Positions 1 to 12,756 of a stretch of 64,000 nucleotides of DNA are shown here, piece by piece. How positions within the stretch are numbered: position 1 is the first letter of the stretch; every line of letters starts with the position of its first letter. The position numbers and the translations under genes are program-made. The stretch comes from Octopus vulgaris (taxonomy: Eukaryota): the NCBI GenBank assembly GCA_951406725.2, contig OX597842.1, positions 16,492,001 through 16,556,000 on the forward strand. Reading direction: 5' to 3'. The notes beneath the pieces were generated by a model. It made no database searches, had not been told where the DNA came from, and saw only the letters and a list, made by a program, of their open reading frames with translations.

Positions 1-340
1 CATTTCATGCTACATCATTTTATTAAATGTTGTAAGTATTAGAACAGTTTTAAAATATGCTGAGCACTCATCAGCCATTAATAGAGGTTTTCCATTAATA
101 CATAATTTTCATATAATATGAAAATTATGTATTAATTTAATTTTAAAACTCTTGTAATATTTACAACATTTAATAAAATGATGTAGCATGAAACGATCGT
201 ACCAAATTACCGAAGTTATTCTTGTTAATTATTTTGATTATAACCACCCACGGATTTATATGGATAACACCATACCAAATTCTGGTGCATCTAACTTAAG
301 TACCATATTCATTGGAATCTAAATTTTGCTGAACTTATAC

Positions 341-379
<39 letters not shown>

Positions 380-536
380 CATATACACTACAGGCTGCTT
401 TCAGTTTCCATCTACCAAATCCACTCACAAGCTGAGGCTGTAGTAGAAGACACTTTCCCAAGGTGCCGTGCAGTGGGACTGAACCCACAACCATATGATT
501 GTGAAGAAAACTTCTTAACCGATTTCTTTATTTCAG

Positions 537-647
537 GAATTGCTGTCTACAGTGGAAATGTCAACAATAAGAGAATGAACGATCATTTGTCTCCTAAACT
601 TCATAATGCCAACCTTCAGGGTGAAAATATTCCGTTGAAGATAAACA
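537..647 (+). CDS. Shortened (111-nt, phase 1-1) paralogue of the Ig-like exon, inverted copy: GIAVYSGNVNNKRMNDHLSPKLHNANLQGENIPLKIN
   Basis: Acceptor tttatttcag|GA and donor AACA|gtaagg match those of exons 24151-24399 and 29761-30009. Both ends (GIAV..GNV, LKIN) are homologous; the exon is 138 nt shorter with frame kept. Upstream exons would lie outside the window. Confidence 0.65.
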
Positions 648-809
648 GTAAGGAAATGATTTATAATAATTTCTGTATTAACCACTGAGGGCGACCACAA
701 AGGAAAACATTTGGGAGGGTACAGTGTGGATTATAGCATGTAAAAAGTCATACAATGAATGAAACAAAGTCAAAGTAAAACCCCTGATAGTAGGGGGACT
801 TGAAATACT

Positions 810-1062
810 TCCAAGCATTTTGCCTGGCATGCCAATGGTTCTGAAATGGCTTCAAATTTTGGCACAAAGCCAGCAATTTTAGCGGGGAGAGGATAAGTTG
901 ATTATATCGACCCCAGTGCTCAACTAATAATTATTCTATTGACCCTGGCAGGATGAAAGGTAGAGTAGACTTTGGCAGATTTTTAACTCAGAATATAAAG
1001 ATGGACAAAATGTTGCTAAGCATTTTGTCTGGCATGCTAACAATTCAGCCACCTCTCTGCCC
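810..1062 (-). mobile_element. Degenerate tRNA-related SINE fragments
   Basis: Reverse complement of ~21715-21970 and related to 37737-37960 (gttagcatgcc...ttctgagttcaaa...gcctttcatcct...gcactggggtcga). Confidence 0.6.
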
Positions 1063-1065
1063 TCC

Positions 1066-1092
1066 TAATTATTAATAATAATAATAATAATG

Positions 1093-1131
<39 letters not shown>

Positions 1132-1148
1132 TTAACAATAATAATATA

Positions 1149-1182
<34 letters not shown>

Positions 1183-1491
1183 TTAATAACAACAACAATA
1201 ATAACAAAAACAGCAACAACAACAATAATAATAATATTAACAATAATAATAATAAAAATATTAACAATAATAATAAGAAGAAGAAGAACAATAATAATAA
1301 TAATTATTATAATAATAATAATATTAATAATAATAATAATATTAATAATAACAATAATAGTAAAATATTAATAATAATAACAATAATAATAATAATAATA
1401 TCAGAGCATCACAACAAATCACAGCACATACCTAAGGCACACAGAGCTGCGCTTGGTAGTGAAGTGAAAGCACGCTATAAAAATAAAACTA

Positions 1492-1547
<56 letters not shown>

Positions 1548-1552
1548 CAACA
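1066..1552. repeat. (AAT)n/(AAC)n microsatellite containing a ~100-bp Dong/R4 3' remnant (1401-1497)
   Basis: Direct reading; 1401-1497 is the reverse complement of ~20772-20866. Confidence 0.9.
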
Positions 1553-1861
1553 GCTGCACGAATATTTTCATAATATTTACACAAATTCAAAGTTTGTAAC
1601 TTGACAATTTCAAGGTTTGCTTCTGTATTATATTTTCTTTTCTGTTTTGAATTGATAAGTTTTGATAATAATCCCTGGTGGGATATTTTTATAGTTCAAG
1701 GAATGGATTAGTTAGTTTCATTACCTAGGATTAACTGTCAGTTATACTATTTAATTGTTATAGAAACGAGTGACATTTTCCAGTTAATCATCAAGGTTGA
1801 ATTTGAAGAGAAAAATATTATTAATGGCAAAAATTGACAGAAGCCCTGTGTTTGCTTTTGC

Positions 1862-3742
1862 TATATAACTGTTCTAAATCATGGACTGATCTGTTGACCT
1901 TGCATTTCTGTGCTAGAATAAGAAAGTCAATCCCCTTTGCATATCCTATATAACCCTTCTAAATCATAGACTGATCTGTTGACCTTGCAATTCTGTGCTA
2001 GAAGAAGAAAGTCAATCCCCTTTGCATATCCTATATAACCCTTCTAAATCATAGACTGATCTGTTGACCTTGCATTTCTGTGCTAGAAGAAAGTCAATCC
2101 CCTTTGCATATCCTATATAACCCTTCTAAATCATAGACTGATCTGTTGACCTTGCATTTCTGTGCTAGAAGAAAGTCAATCCCCTTTGCATATCCTATAT
2201 AAACCTTCTAAATCATAGACTGATCTGTTGACCTTGCAATTCTGTGCTAGAAGAAAGTCAATCCCCTTTGCATATCCTATATAACCCTTCTAAATCATAG
2301 ATTGATCTGTTGACCTTGCATTTCTGTGCTAGAAGAAAGTCAATCCCCTTTGCATATCCTATATAACCCTTCTAAATCATAGATTGATCTGTTGACCTTG
2401 CATTTCTGTGCTAGAAGAAAGTCAATCCCCTTTGCATATCCTATATAAACCTTCTAAATCATAGACTGATCTGTTGACCTTGCATTTCTGTGCTAGAAGA
2501 AGAAAGTCAATCCCCTTTGCATATCCTATATAACCCTTCTAAATCATAGACTGATCTGTTGACCTTGCATTTCTGTGCTAGAAGAAAGTCAATCCCCTTT
2601 GCATATCCTATATAACCCTTCTAAATCATAGACTGATCTGTTGACCTTGCATTTCTGTGCTAGAAGAAGAAAGTCAATCCCCTTTGCATATCCTATATAA
2701 CCCTTCTAAATCATGGACTGATCTGTTGACCTTGCATTTCTGTGCTAGAAGAAAGTCAATCCCCTTTGCATATCCTATATAACCCTTCTAAATCATAGAT
2801 TGATCTGTTGACCTTGCATTTCTGTGCTAGAAGAAGAAAGTCAATCCTCTTTGCATATCCTATATAACCCTTCTAAATCATAGACTGATCTGTTGACCTT
2901 GCATTTCTGTGCTAGAAGAAGAAAGTCAATCCTCTTTGCATATCCTATATAACCCTTCTAAATCATAGACTGATCTGTTGACCTTGCATTTCTGTGCTAG
3001 AAGAAGAAAGTCAATCCTCTTTGCATATCCTATATAACCCTTCTAAATCATAGACTGATCTGTTGACCTTGCATTTCTGTGCTAGAAGAAGAAAGTCAAT
3101 CCTCTTTGCATATCCTATATAACCCTTCTAAATCATAGACTGATCTGTTGACCTTGCATTTCTGTGCTAGAAGAAGAAAGTCAATCCTCTTTGCATATCC
3201 TATATAACCCTTCTAAATCATAGACTGATCTGTTGACCTTGCATTTCTGTGCTAGAAGAAGAAAGTCAATCCTCTTTGCATATCCTATATAACCCTTCTA
3301 AATCATAGACTGATCTGTTGACCTTGCATTTCTGTGCTAGAAGAAGAAAGTCAATCCTCTTTGCATATCCTATATAACCCTTCTAAATCATGGACTGATC
3401 TGTTGACCTTGCATTTCTGTGCTAGAATAAGAAAGTCAATCCCCTTTGCATATCCTATATAACCCTTCTAAATCATAGACTGATCTGTTGACCTTGCATT
3501 TCTGTGCTAGAAGAAGAAAGTCAAACCCCTTTGCATATCCTATATAACCCTTCTAAATCATAGACTGATCTGTTGACCTTGCATTTCTGTGCTAGAAGAA
3601 GAAAGTCAATCCCCTTTGCATATCCTATATAACCCTTCTAAATCATAGACTGATCTGTTGACCTTGCATTTCTGTGCTAGAAGAAGAAAGTCAAACCCCT
3701 TTGCATATCCTATATAACCCTTCTAAATCATGGACAAATCTG
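1862..3742. repeat. Intronic minisatellite, 82/85-bp unit, about 22 copies
   Basis: Unit ttctaaatcatagactgatctgttgaccttgcatttctgtgctagaag(aag)aaagtcaatcccctttgcatatcctatataaccc recurs at 2871, 2956, 3041 etc. Confidence 0.97.
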
Positions 3743-3835
3743 AAGGGGATTAGCTAATCTTTTAAATATAGTCGTCTCGGTGTGTTAACCTATTTCTTAC
3801 CATATTTCTGTTGAAATACATTGGTTTTGTATGAA

Positions 3836-4170
3836 AGCACATGGTTCAGCGGTTAGAGCATTGAGCTTATGATCGTGAGGTTGTGAGCTCGAATCCCGGA
3901 CCGGGCTGCATGTTGCGTTCTTGAGCAAGACACATTATTTCATGTTGCTCCAGTTCACTCAGCTGTAGAAATGAGTTGCAACGTCACGGGTGCCAAGCTG
4001 TATCGGCCCCTTTACCTTTCCCTTGGATAACATCTGTGGCGTAGAGAGGGGAGGCCGATATGCATGGGTGATTGCTGGTCTTCCACAAACAACCTTGCCC
4101 AGACTTGTGACTTGGAAGGTAACTTTCTAGGTTCAATCCCATGGTCTGTGTTGTGACTGAAGGGGATTCC
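3836..4170 (+). mobile_element. tRNA-derived SINE (second family); inverted copy at ~19030-19360
   Basis: A-box-like tggttcagcggttagagc and B-box-like gagctcgaatccc head followed by a conserved body. Confidence 0.7.
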
Positions 4171-4756
4171 GACCGACCGACCGTATGAATAAATTTTGAA
4201 AATTATGAAGATTTTAGTAAAATAACCTTGTCATTACCAAGCTAATATGTGCAACATAGTGTTACTGGAAATTTTCATGGGGACTTTTCTTTTAGATCAC
4301 TTTAAACTGGAATTTGTATAATAGAAACGAAAGTATTTTTTAATAGGTTAATATGAAAATGGTCAAGCTTGGGAGATATTACTATTTTTTATTAAAAACA
4401 AAGGCTATATATTTTTGTATTTAGGAATGATCATTTTGCCAGTTTAGCCAATAAAAACACACGCACTATATATTTGATGTTACTTTGCTTCAGCGTTATT
4501 TATTTTTTACATTAATCTTAATCTTATTTCAGCCAGAGTTCTTTTGTCACACTCCTGTGACCTCATCAGTGGTCCTTTGCTTTCTTCTTTCTTATTTGTG
4601 TATCTCCTTACTAACGGTAAGCCATTATTGGCTAAACTGGCAAAATGACCATTCCGAAATACAACAATATCTGTTTCAACACACGATTTCACATCAAAAT
4701 TCTTGTAAAACAAATATATAAATGTAGCTGTATATTTTATTGTTCATCAATTGCAG

Positions 4757-4902
4757 ATAAAAAAACTGAAGATGATGGATCAAGACCCTACAGTACACTT
4801 GAGATTGTCGGAATCATTCTTATCACACTCTTCCTCGCTTCAATCCTTTTGGGATTCCTTTTCTTCGGCTACAAATATTTCAGGAACTACCCATCAGTAT
4901 AA
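4757..4902 (+). CDS. Terminal stalk/TM/cytoplasmic exon of the plus-strand paralogue: (D)KKTEDDGSRPYSTLEIVGIILITLFLASILLGFLFFGYKYFRNYPSV*
   Basis: Acceptor catcaattgcag|AT in phase 1 fits the donor at 647; ~22-aa hydrophobic run then short tail and TAA; paralogous to 18264-18439. Confidence 0.75.
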
Positions 4903-5299
4903 GAATGCTACAATTTGTGTTTTTTTATATATATTTTTAAGTAATTCTATTTATCTGAATAAGACTTTCACTGACTGCATTGGCATGGTTGGATTTTAAA
5001 GAATTTATATCCATATTTTTTATATATCATCATCATTGTCATTAGTTTAGCAGTGTCTTTTCAAGATTCTGCTACATCTTTTGACTAAAATGACTGAGAA
5101 TTTAAAAATTTTTTAAACTATTGACTGTCTGTTTATCAATTTATGAAAACAACTAATAACCTTTTTTAACTTTTTGGAATTAAAAAAAATTTCAGTACAT
5201 TTTCAGTAAAATATTCAAAAATATAGTTTTTTAATTTTATATTTCAGCTTATGTAGAGAAACTAAGTTCCTTTTCTTGCTTGTATTTCACAGTTGGTTT

Positions 5300-6288
5300 G
5301 GTTAAACTAAAGTGTTTGACCCGGTCATAAAAAAAGAATAGTGTAATAGGTGTAAGTAGTACCCAAGACTTTTTGGTTAAACTAAAGCGTTTGACTCGGT
5401 CATAAAAAAAAAAAAATAGTGTAATAGGTGTAAGGAGTACCCAAGACTTTTTACTTCAAGTTTCAAAGGAAACATTGCTGGCCTAATTTTGTTATATTTA
5501 TATTCAGCAGCATAAATACATAAAAACAGAACAGGCACACACACACACAGACAAGATCTTTTATTATGTATAGATAAGTAACAGTCCCACTGCGTGGTGG
5601 CATCTTGGGCAAGTGTTTCTACTATAGCCTCGGGCCAACCAAAGCCTTGAGAGTGGATTTGGTGGATGGAAACTGAAAGAAGCCCTTGTGTGTGTTTGTC
5701 CCCCTTCCCCCACAACATCGTTTGACAACCGATCCTGGTGTGTTTACGTCCCTGTAACTTAGCGGTTCAGCAAAAGAGACCGATAGAATAAGTACTAGGC
5801 TTACAAAAGTAGGTCCCAGGGTCGATTTGCTCGACTAAAGGTGGTGCTCCAGCATGGCCGCAGTCAAATGAATGGAACAAGTAAAAGAGTAAAGAGTAAA
5901 ACAGTGCCCCAGCATGGCCACAATCTAATGACAGAAACAAGTAAAAGATAAAAGAACACACACACATGCATTATTACTGAAAGGCTCCATTTCCCTGAGT
6001 TACTAATTTCCGATCATCAGCTGGTAAATTGAGTTTCCTTTTCTTTTGAAATATTCCCCATTTGAATAAGCTTTTGAAATTTGAAATGGAAGTTTGAAGG
6101 AAACACTGATCTTTATGCTCTATTGTTCAAAAATCCTTTGTGAACGACAAGTAGCAAAAAAAGGGCTGCCTCAAGGTTATACTTTTGATTTTGTTTCTGG
6201 TTTTCGTGGTAATACTATTACAAACATCTTATGTGTGAAGTCCTGCAAATGTCTTACGTTTAAATAATGTTTTACAGTTATACTTTTA
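5300..6288. repeat. Segmental duplicate (direct) of ~47275-48190, including a SINE at ~5583-5945
   Basis: Near-identical unique-looking sequence (e.g. ttattactgaaaggctccatttccctgagttac...) at both sites. Confidence 0.85.
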
Positions 6289-6289
6289 A

Positions 6290-6597
6290 CTAGCAGTATT
6301 GCCTGGCGATGCTCTGGTTTGTAAGGGAAATAAGTATATAAGCATTTTTAGAAAGTTACTTCCCTTACATAAACCGGGCAAAAATCATTAAAAATGTGGA
6401 AAAGTTATGGTAAATTTTTTTTTTAAATCGTAGACTCATCGTAGACACATGCTAATACTCAGAAGGGCTCGATATGAATCACGACTATAAGATACCCGGT
6501 TTTGGTTAAACTGCACCGCAAAATGTGGGAGTAGTTAGGAATCTAAATCGGAGTAGACAGACACTCACACACACAACTTCAGTTTTATATATAAAGA
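6290..6597 (-). mobile_element. Non-autonomous Helitron-like element
   Basis: Minus strand reads A|TCTTTATATATAAAA...gccaggcaatactgCTAG|T: TC 5' end, CTAG 3' end, AT target, no TSD. Same family as 15652-16151. Confidence 0.7.
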
Positions 6598-7169
6598 TTA
6601 CTGTATTAAAAAACAATTTATGCCCATGTTTTACTTTAAAGCTGGGGTTCTCAACGATTTTTTATCTACGGATCCCTTTGATTGCTATTTTATTTTGCTG
6701 GAGCCCCATAAACATTTGGTGTTTAATAACAAGTTTTATAGGAACTTTTTTCAAAATTCCTCTTTTGTTCTTCCCCCATTAACTTGTGTAGGTCGAACTA
6801 TGTAAATTGTTAGAGAAAGAAACCTAGCTGTTTCTTGCAATACATACCAATACATACATCTAAAACAGGGGTTCTCAACCATTTTTTATCTATGGACCCC
6901 TTTGATTATGATTTTATTCTGGTGGACCCTTGTAGCAATTCAATGTTTAAAACTAGTTTTACACAAACTTCTTTCAAAATTCTTGTTTTGCTTTTTCACC
7001 CATTAACTTGTGTCGGTTGACCTATGTAAGACATCAGAGAAGGAAACCTAGCTGCTTCTTACAGTAAATACAACTAAAGTACAATTTTTTCATCTTCATC
7101 ATCATTGTTGTCATTTAACGTCCGCTTTCCATGCTAGCATGGGTTGGACGGTTTGACTGTGGGCTGGCA

Positions 7170-8320
7170 AACCAGATGGCTGCACCAAGCTTCAGTCTTG
7201 ATCTGGCAGAGTTTCTACAGCTGGATGCCCTTCCTAATGCCAACCACTCTGAGAGTGGACCCTTAAACCAGATGGCTGCACCAAGCTTCAGTCTTGATCT
7301 GGCAGAGTTTCTACAGCTGGATGCCCTTCCTAATGCCAACCACTCTGAGAGTGGACCCTTAAACCAGATGGCTGCACCAAGCTTCAGTCTTGATCTGGCA
7401 GAGTTTCTACAGCTGGATGCCCTTCCTAATGCCAACCACTCCGAGAGTGGACCCTTAAACCAGATGGCTGCACCAAGCTTCAGTCTTGATCTGGCAGAGT
7501 TTCTACAGCTGGATGCCCTTCCTAATGCCAACCACTCCGAGAGTGGACCCTTAAACCAGATGGCTGCACCAAGCTTCAGTCTTGATCTGGCAGAGTTTCT
7601 ACAGCTAGATGCCCTTCCTAATGCCAACCACTCTGAGAGTGGACCCTTAAACCAGATGGCTGCACCAAGCTTCAGTCTTGATCTGGCAGGGTTTCTACAG
7701 CTAGATGCCCTTCCTAATGCCAACCACTCCGAGAGTGGACCCTTAAACCAGATGGCTGCACCAAGCTTCAGTCTTGATCTGGCAGAGTTTCTACAGCTGG
7801 ATGCCCTTCCTAATGCCAACCACTCTGAGAGTGGACCCTTAAACCAGATGGCTGCACCAAGCTTCAGTCTTCATCTGGCAAAGTTTCTACAGCTGGATGC
7901 CCTTCCTCATGCAAACAACTCCGAGAGTGGACCCTTAAACCAGATGGCTGCACCAAGCTTCAGTCTTGATCTGGCAGAGTTTCTACAGCTGGATGCCCTT
8001 CCTAATGCCAACCGCTCTGAGAGTGGACCCTTAAACCAGATGGCTGCACCAAGCTTCAGTCTTGATCTGGCAAAGTTTCTACAGCTGGATGCCCTTCCTC
8101 ATGCAAACAACTCCGAGAGTGGACCCTTAAACCAGATGGCTGCACCAAGCTTTAGTCTTGATCTGGCAGAGTTTCTACAGCTGGATGCCCTTCCTCATGC
8201 AAACCACTCTGAGAGTGGACCCTTAAACCAGATGGCTGCACCAAGCTTCAGTCTTGATCTGGCAGAGTTTCTAGTTGGATGCCCTTCCTAATGCCAACAA
8301 CTCCGAGAGTGGACCCTTAA
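7170..8320. repeat. 96-bp tandem array (~12 copies) derived from the RTE 3' UTR; source of spurious 386-aa and 234-aa ORFs
   Basis: Unit aaccagatggctgcaccaagc...gagagtggacccttaa; most of the unit matches the RTE 3' UTR (reverse complement of ~43855-43925). Confidence 0.95.
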
Positions 8321-8759
8321 AATACTACCACAGATCCCCATTTAACTATTTTTTACATGTGGACCTCTTTTGATTAATATTTTGTTCTGGTGGACCCCTA
8401 TAGCCTTTTGATACTTAAAAACTAGTTTTATAGAAATTTCTTTCCAAATTCCTATTTTGCTTTCTCACATTAACTTGTGAAGGTGGAACTCTGTAAAAAG
8501 TTAGAGAAATAAACCTAGCTGTTTCATGCAATTCATACATCTAAAGCAAAGATTTATTATGGACCCTTAAAATACTACACCAAATCCTCAATTTACTATT
8601 TTGCTTGCATAGACCCCCTTTGTTTATTATTTTATTCTGGCGGGTTCCCATAACCATTTGATGTTTAAAAACTAATTTTTCACCCATAAACTTGTGTTGG
8701 TTGAACTCTGTAAAATATTAGAGAAAGAAACCCAGCTGTTTCTTACAATGTATACCAAT

Positions 8760-9116
8760 ACACACACCCAAAGCAAAATTTTTTGAGGGTCCCTAAGATG
8801 CTATTGGATCCCCAATTTACTGTTTTCTTACATGGATCTCCTAAAATCTTATCTGGACACTCAGGGGTCATGTGAACCCTGTTTGAGAACCACTGCTTTC
8901 AAGTATTACATTAAAGCTTATTTAAAACAAACAGTTTCAGGATTTTGAGTGTATGGAGCTTATAACATTTATAATAATACTAGTCTGAAGGCTGCACACA
9001 ATGTGGACCTTTACGCTTACTCTTGCGGAAGGATAATTTGGCCTACAGCCCCAAACTAAAGTGGGCTAAATAGCATGACCATAATACATCTATAATGACT
9101 GTATGTCCTGGTGGTG
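8760..9116. repeat. Segmental duplicate (direct) of ~46920-47276
   Basis: Near-identical sequence (aaagcaaaattttttgagggtccctaagatgc...ccataatacatctataatgact). Confidence 0.85.
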
Positions 9117-10393
9117 TTTGATCAGAGATTAAGGATGGGATGACAATTAAGTCTGTAATGCAATCATTCTATTGTTTTAGTCCCAAGTTGAATTCCAACT
9201 GTTGGACAATTTGTTCCAAAGTTCTTATCTTGGCATAAAATTAATGAAGCAAATGTGTTTTATCTCTCCCCTTTGGTTTCTGACATCATCTGACAAACGC
9301 CAACCAAGATGGTGAGAATATTCCAAGCTTTATCTGCTAGAAATAGTAACCCAAATACTTTTAAATCAGATCCCAATGATGGATGTTCAAGAACCAAATA
9401 AAGGGCAGGTTTTCAATCCCATGATGACCCCAATTCCCAAAATGTTATAATATGTTTATGCAGAGCAAATTTAGACTGAGCTACAGGGGTCCCAGACGGA
9501 TGGACAGAATTTCCCTTTTATTGATATAGATTCCCATGAGGTAGTGGATAGCGATTTTTTTCACTATTTCAGTGAGTGACGACCCTGCCTGACATGAGTC
9601 TCTATCAAGGTTACAGAAAGGAGACAACCTTCAAAGGAATCCGAAGTGGAGCCCTGTAGGTGATTTAGTGTTCGACACTGATGTGGCAGCTCCTGCAACC
9701 AAGCTGGTGCCAAACGTACTGCTCTGCACTGCTTTGGACTACATCAGCAAGGTGGAAAGAGGAATCCTGACGATTGGGCTACCCAGGATTTTCTTACATC
9801 TAGTGCAGGCCTGCGCAAAACTGGAGAGGACATGAAATGCAAAAACCAGACTGGATTAGTTTATGCGCAACTCCATTGTCTCCCGAGACAAAAGGGCGCC
9901 AACGATAACCATGAGAACCAGAAATGGAATGCAAAATATAACCTTGAAGCAGCTGTATTTGCATGTGTCGTTCACAAAGGCTTTAAAGCAAAAGGACATA
10001 AGGATAAGTGTTTTCAAACTTTTATTTCATATTTCAGAAAGTATCCAAACAGCTGATAATCGGAAATGAGTAACTCTGAGTACTGGAAATCAGAGTGGTA
10101 ATGTACCAGAGAATACTCCACATTTGGATTGAGTCCTTGGCACCTTGTTGTGCTCAAGAAAGCCTGTACTCTGAAGCAGAAGTGTTAAGATCGATCCTTC
10201 TGGTGGTGTAAAGCCCTCATGGCAGTACCTTGTAAAATTGCCCGTGTGGTGTCACATAATAGAATTTGTTAGGATATATTTTGATGAAGGACTAATTTTC
10301 ATATGTAATTTGTTTGAATTATTATCTAAAGCTTGAAACACAAAACCTGATACACATATATCCATATACACATACACAAAAATCTATCAATCA

Positions 10394-10432
<39 letters not shown>

Positions 10433-11308
10433 AAAAAAACAGTACTTGGAGGAGAAGAAACAAAACGAACGAATCGAATCGAATCGACGTGAGGGCGCTC
10501 AATCATACAATAGTGTAATAAATAAAATATATGCATACATACATACATATATGTACGTACCTACATCTACATGTATATATACATGCATATATAAATATAT
10601 ATACGTGAGTACAGGACACCACAAATAGACATAGAACTCAACGAGAAACGAAAACGGAAAAACAAGCATGGAACAGACCATTATTTTTTACAACAAAAAA
10701 CAGAGTACAAGACAAACTACACCAGGAAAAATCCCCTTCATCAGCTGTCCCTAGTTCAACTCCAGCATGTTTCGAAGGTTGGACAGAACATGACTCGCTG
10801 AACTAGCCCTTCCTGCGAAAGAATTAAAAGAAAATTACCTCGCAGAGGGGTGAAAACAAAGAAAGAAAAAATGTAACACAAACAGGACGTAAAAACGATA
10901 CAAATAAAATTACAACATAAAATACAAATTAAATACAAAATAAAAATACAATACAAAAAAATACAATACGAGAAATAAAAACAACCAAGAAAACAAACGA
11001 AAAGGGCCTTTTGTTGGCCCTAGACGAAGAGATTCTGGAAGAGCGCAAGGAAACCGTGTGTTTACAGTTAGAAGTCCACATGTAAGAGGAAGTAAGTTGG
11101 GTGGCTGTGAAAGAGATGAGGAGGAGTGAGAGAGAGATAGGGAAAGAAGGGTATAATATATATATATATATATATACCGGAGTAAACACATAAATGTGAA
11201 ACAAGGTGGAAAAAAGAGTACTCAAGTGCCAGTGGTAGAGTAATATGCTTTATTTAAAGCAGCAGAAAATTGTTGAATTTTCTGCTGCTTTAAATAAAGT
11301 ATATATAC

Positions 11309-11558
11309 GGTGACACGTAAAAGCACCATCTGTTCGTGGCCGTTCGCCAGCTCCGTCTGGCACCTGTGCAGGTGACACGTAAAAAACACCCACTACACTC
11401 GCGGAGTGGTTGGCGTTAGGAAGGGCATCCAGCCGTAGAAACACTGCCAGATTTGACTGGGCCTGATGAAGCCTTCTGGCTTCACAGACCCCAGTTGACC
11501 CGTCCAACCCATGCTAGCATGGAAAGCGGACGCTAAATGATGATGATGATGATGATGA
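11309..11558 (+). mobile_element. RTE LINE 3'-end copy with (TGA)n tail. Similar copies at about 12117-12495(-), 16285-16515(-), 26243-26322(+), 27258-27570(-), 30955-31250(-), 33228-33470(-), 35415-35642(-), 50265-50535(-), 52245-52623(+), 62140-62600(+), 62690-62885(-), 63660-64000(+)
   Basis: Share ggaagggcatccagctgtagaaac...cccatgctagcatggaaa.cggacgttaaa(tga)n, in whole or part, with the 3' end of the LINE at 43500-44008. Confidence 0.85.
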
Positions 11559-11659
11559 TATATATATATATATATATATACTTTGATACTTTGAGAGGTT
11601 TCGGCCATTATTGGCCCAGGCCATGTCTAACTTAATAGCACCACCCGGTGCTATTATAT

Positions 11660-11936
11660 ATACACAACTCTGAGAGAGAATCCACTATGTAGACGCTCTT
11701 ACGCTAGATATAGATCCGCAAAGGGACTCAACCACAAGAATTGTTCTCAAGATTAACATACAATTAATCTATAGGGTTAATCTATATTTTTGTTATTTTT
11801 CATTTGTCCTGCTCGCTTACGTTCTTAGTGTGCTAAAGTGTTTTCTTGAGAACAATTCTTAGTGGTTGAGTCCCTTTGTGGATCTATCTCTAGCGTAAGA
11901 GCGTTCACATAGTGGATTCTCTTTTATAGTTGTGTA
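11660..11936. repeat. Inverted repeat (~95-bp arms, ~90-bp spacer), Penelope-like terminal remnant or MITE
   Basis: gagaatccactatgtagacgctcttacgctaga...caagaattgttctcaaga versus its reverse complement at ~11845-11935. Confidence 0.7.
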
Positions 11937-12622
11937 TTAATAATATTTACTGAATCTCAGTCTTTTATATGCTAGGCCACTGGTGTTTAAATTGATGTTA
12001 TTAGATTAATATCCAATTATTTCACCCTCTTTTTGACTTATATATATATATATATACATATATATATCTTAGATACTCTAAATTATAATTTTAAATAATT
12101 TTAAATATATATATAACATCATCGCTTAACGTCCGTTTTCCGTGCTAGCATGGGTTGGACGGTTCGACCAGGGTCTGGGAAGCCAGGAAGCTGCACCAGG
12201 CTCCAGTCTGATCTGGCAGTGTTTCTACGGCTGGATGCCCTTCCTATCGCCAACCACTCCGTGAGTGTAGTGGGTGCTTTTAACGTGCTACCGGCACAGG
12301 AGCCAGGGGAGTCTGGCAGCGACCACGATCGGTTGGTGCTTTTAACGTGCCACCGGCACAGAAGCCAGTCAAGGCAGCGCTGGCATCGGCCACGTTCAGA
12401 TGGTGCTTTTTACGTGCCATCGGCACAGAAGCCAGTCAAGGCAGCGCTGGCATCAGTCACGTTCGGATGGTGCTTTTTGGGTGCTACCAGCACAAAATGA
12501 TTTAAAATTATAATTTAGGGTATCTAAGAGATACCACCACACTGGAAATAGCAATCAAAACTTGATTCTAAAACAACATATATATGTATGTATACATTAA
12601 TATATGTAAGTATATCATATTT

Positions 12623-12673
<51 letters not shown>

Positions 12674-12697
12674 TGTATTTATGTGCTTTCTGAGTAT

Positions 12698-12756
12698 ATT
12701 CCACTGATGAAGGCAGAGCATTTCTAATGCAGAGCCTGAAATCTGGGATCTGGAAT
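12698..12756 (+). ncRNA. Minimal type-I hammerhead ribozyme motif
   Basis: ATTCCA-CTGATGA-AGGC[..GCATT..AATGC..]GCCT-GAAA-TC tgg GA-TC^-TGGAAT: intact core, stems I, II and III, AUC cleavage triplet. Lies between short inverted repeats (~12500-12575 and ~12826-12900). Confidence 0.65.

Noticed and set aside
1037-1291. Leu-rich membrane protein ORF (and the YIYI/VCVC ORFs elsewhere)
   Set aside because: Translations of (AAT)n, (TA)n and (TG)n microsatellites.
1862-3742. CRISPR-like regular array
   Set aside because: Units are contiguous with no unique spacers and the context is eukaryotic; it is a minisatellite.
7131-8291. 386-aa repeat protein gene
   Set aside because: The unit is RTE 3' UTR sequence whose 96-bp length happens to keep frame; no splice or domain support.
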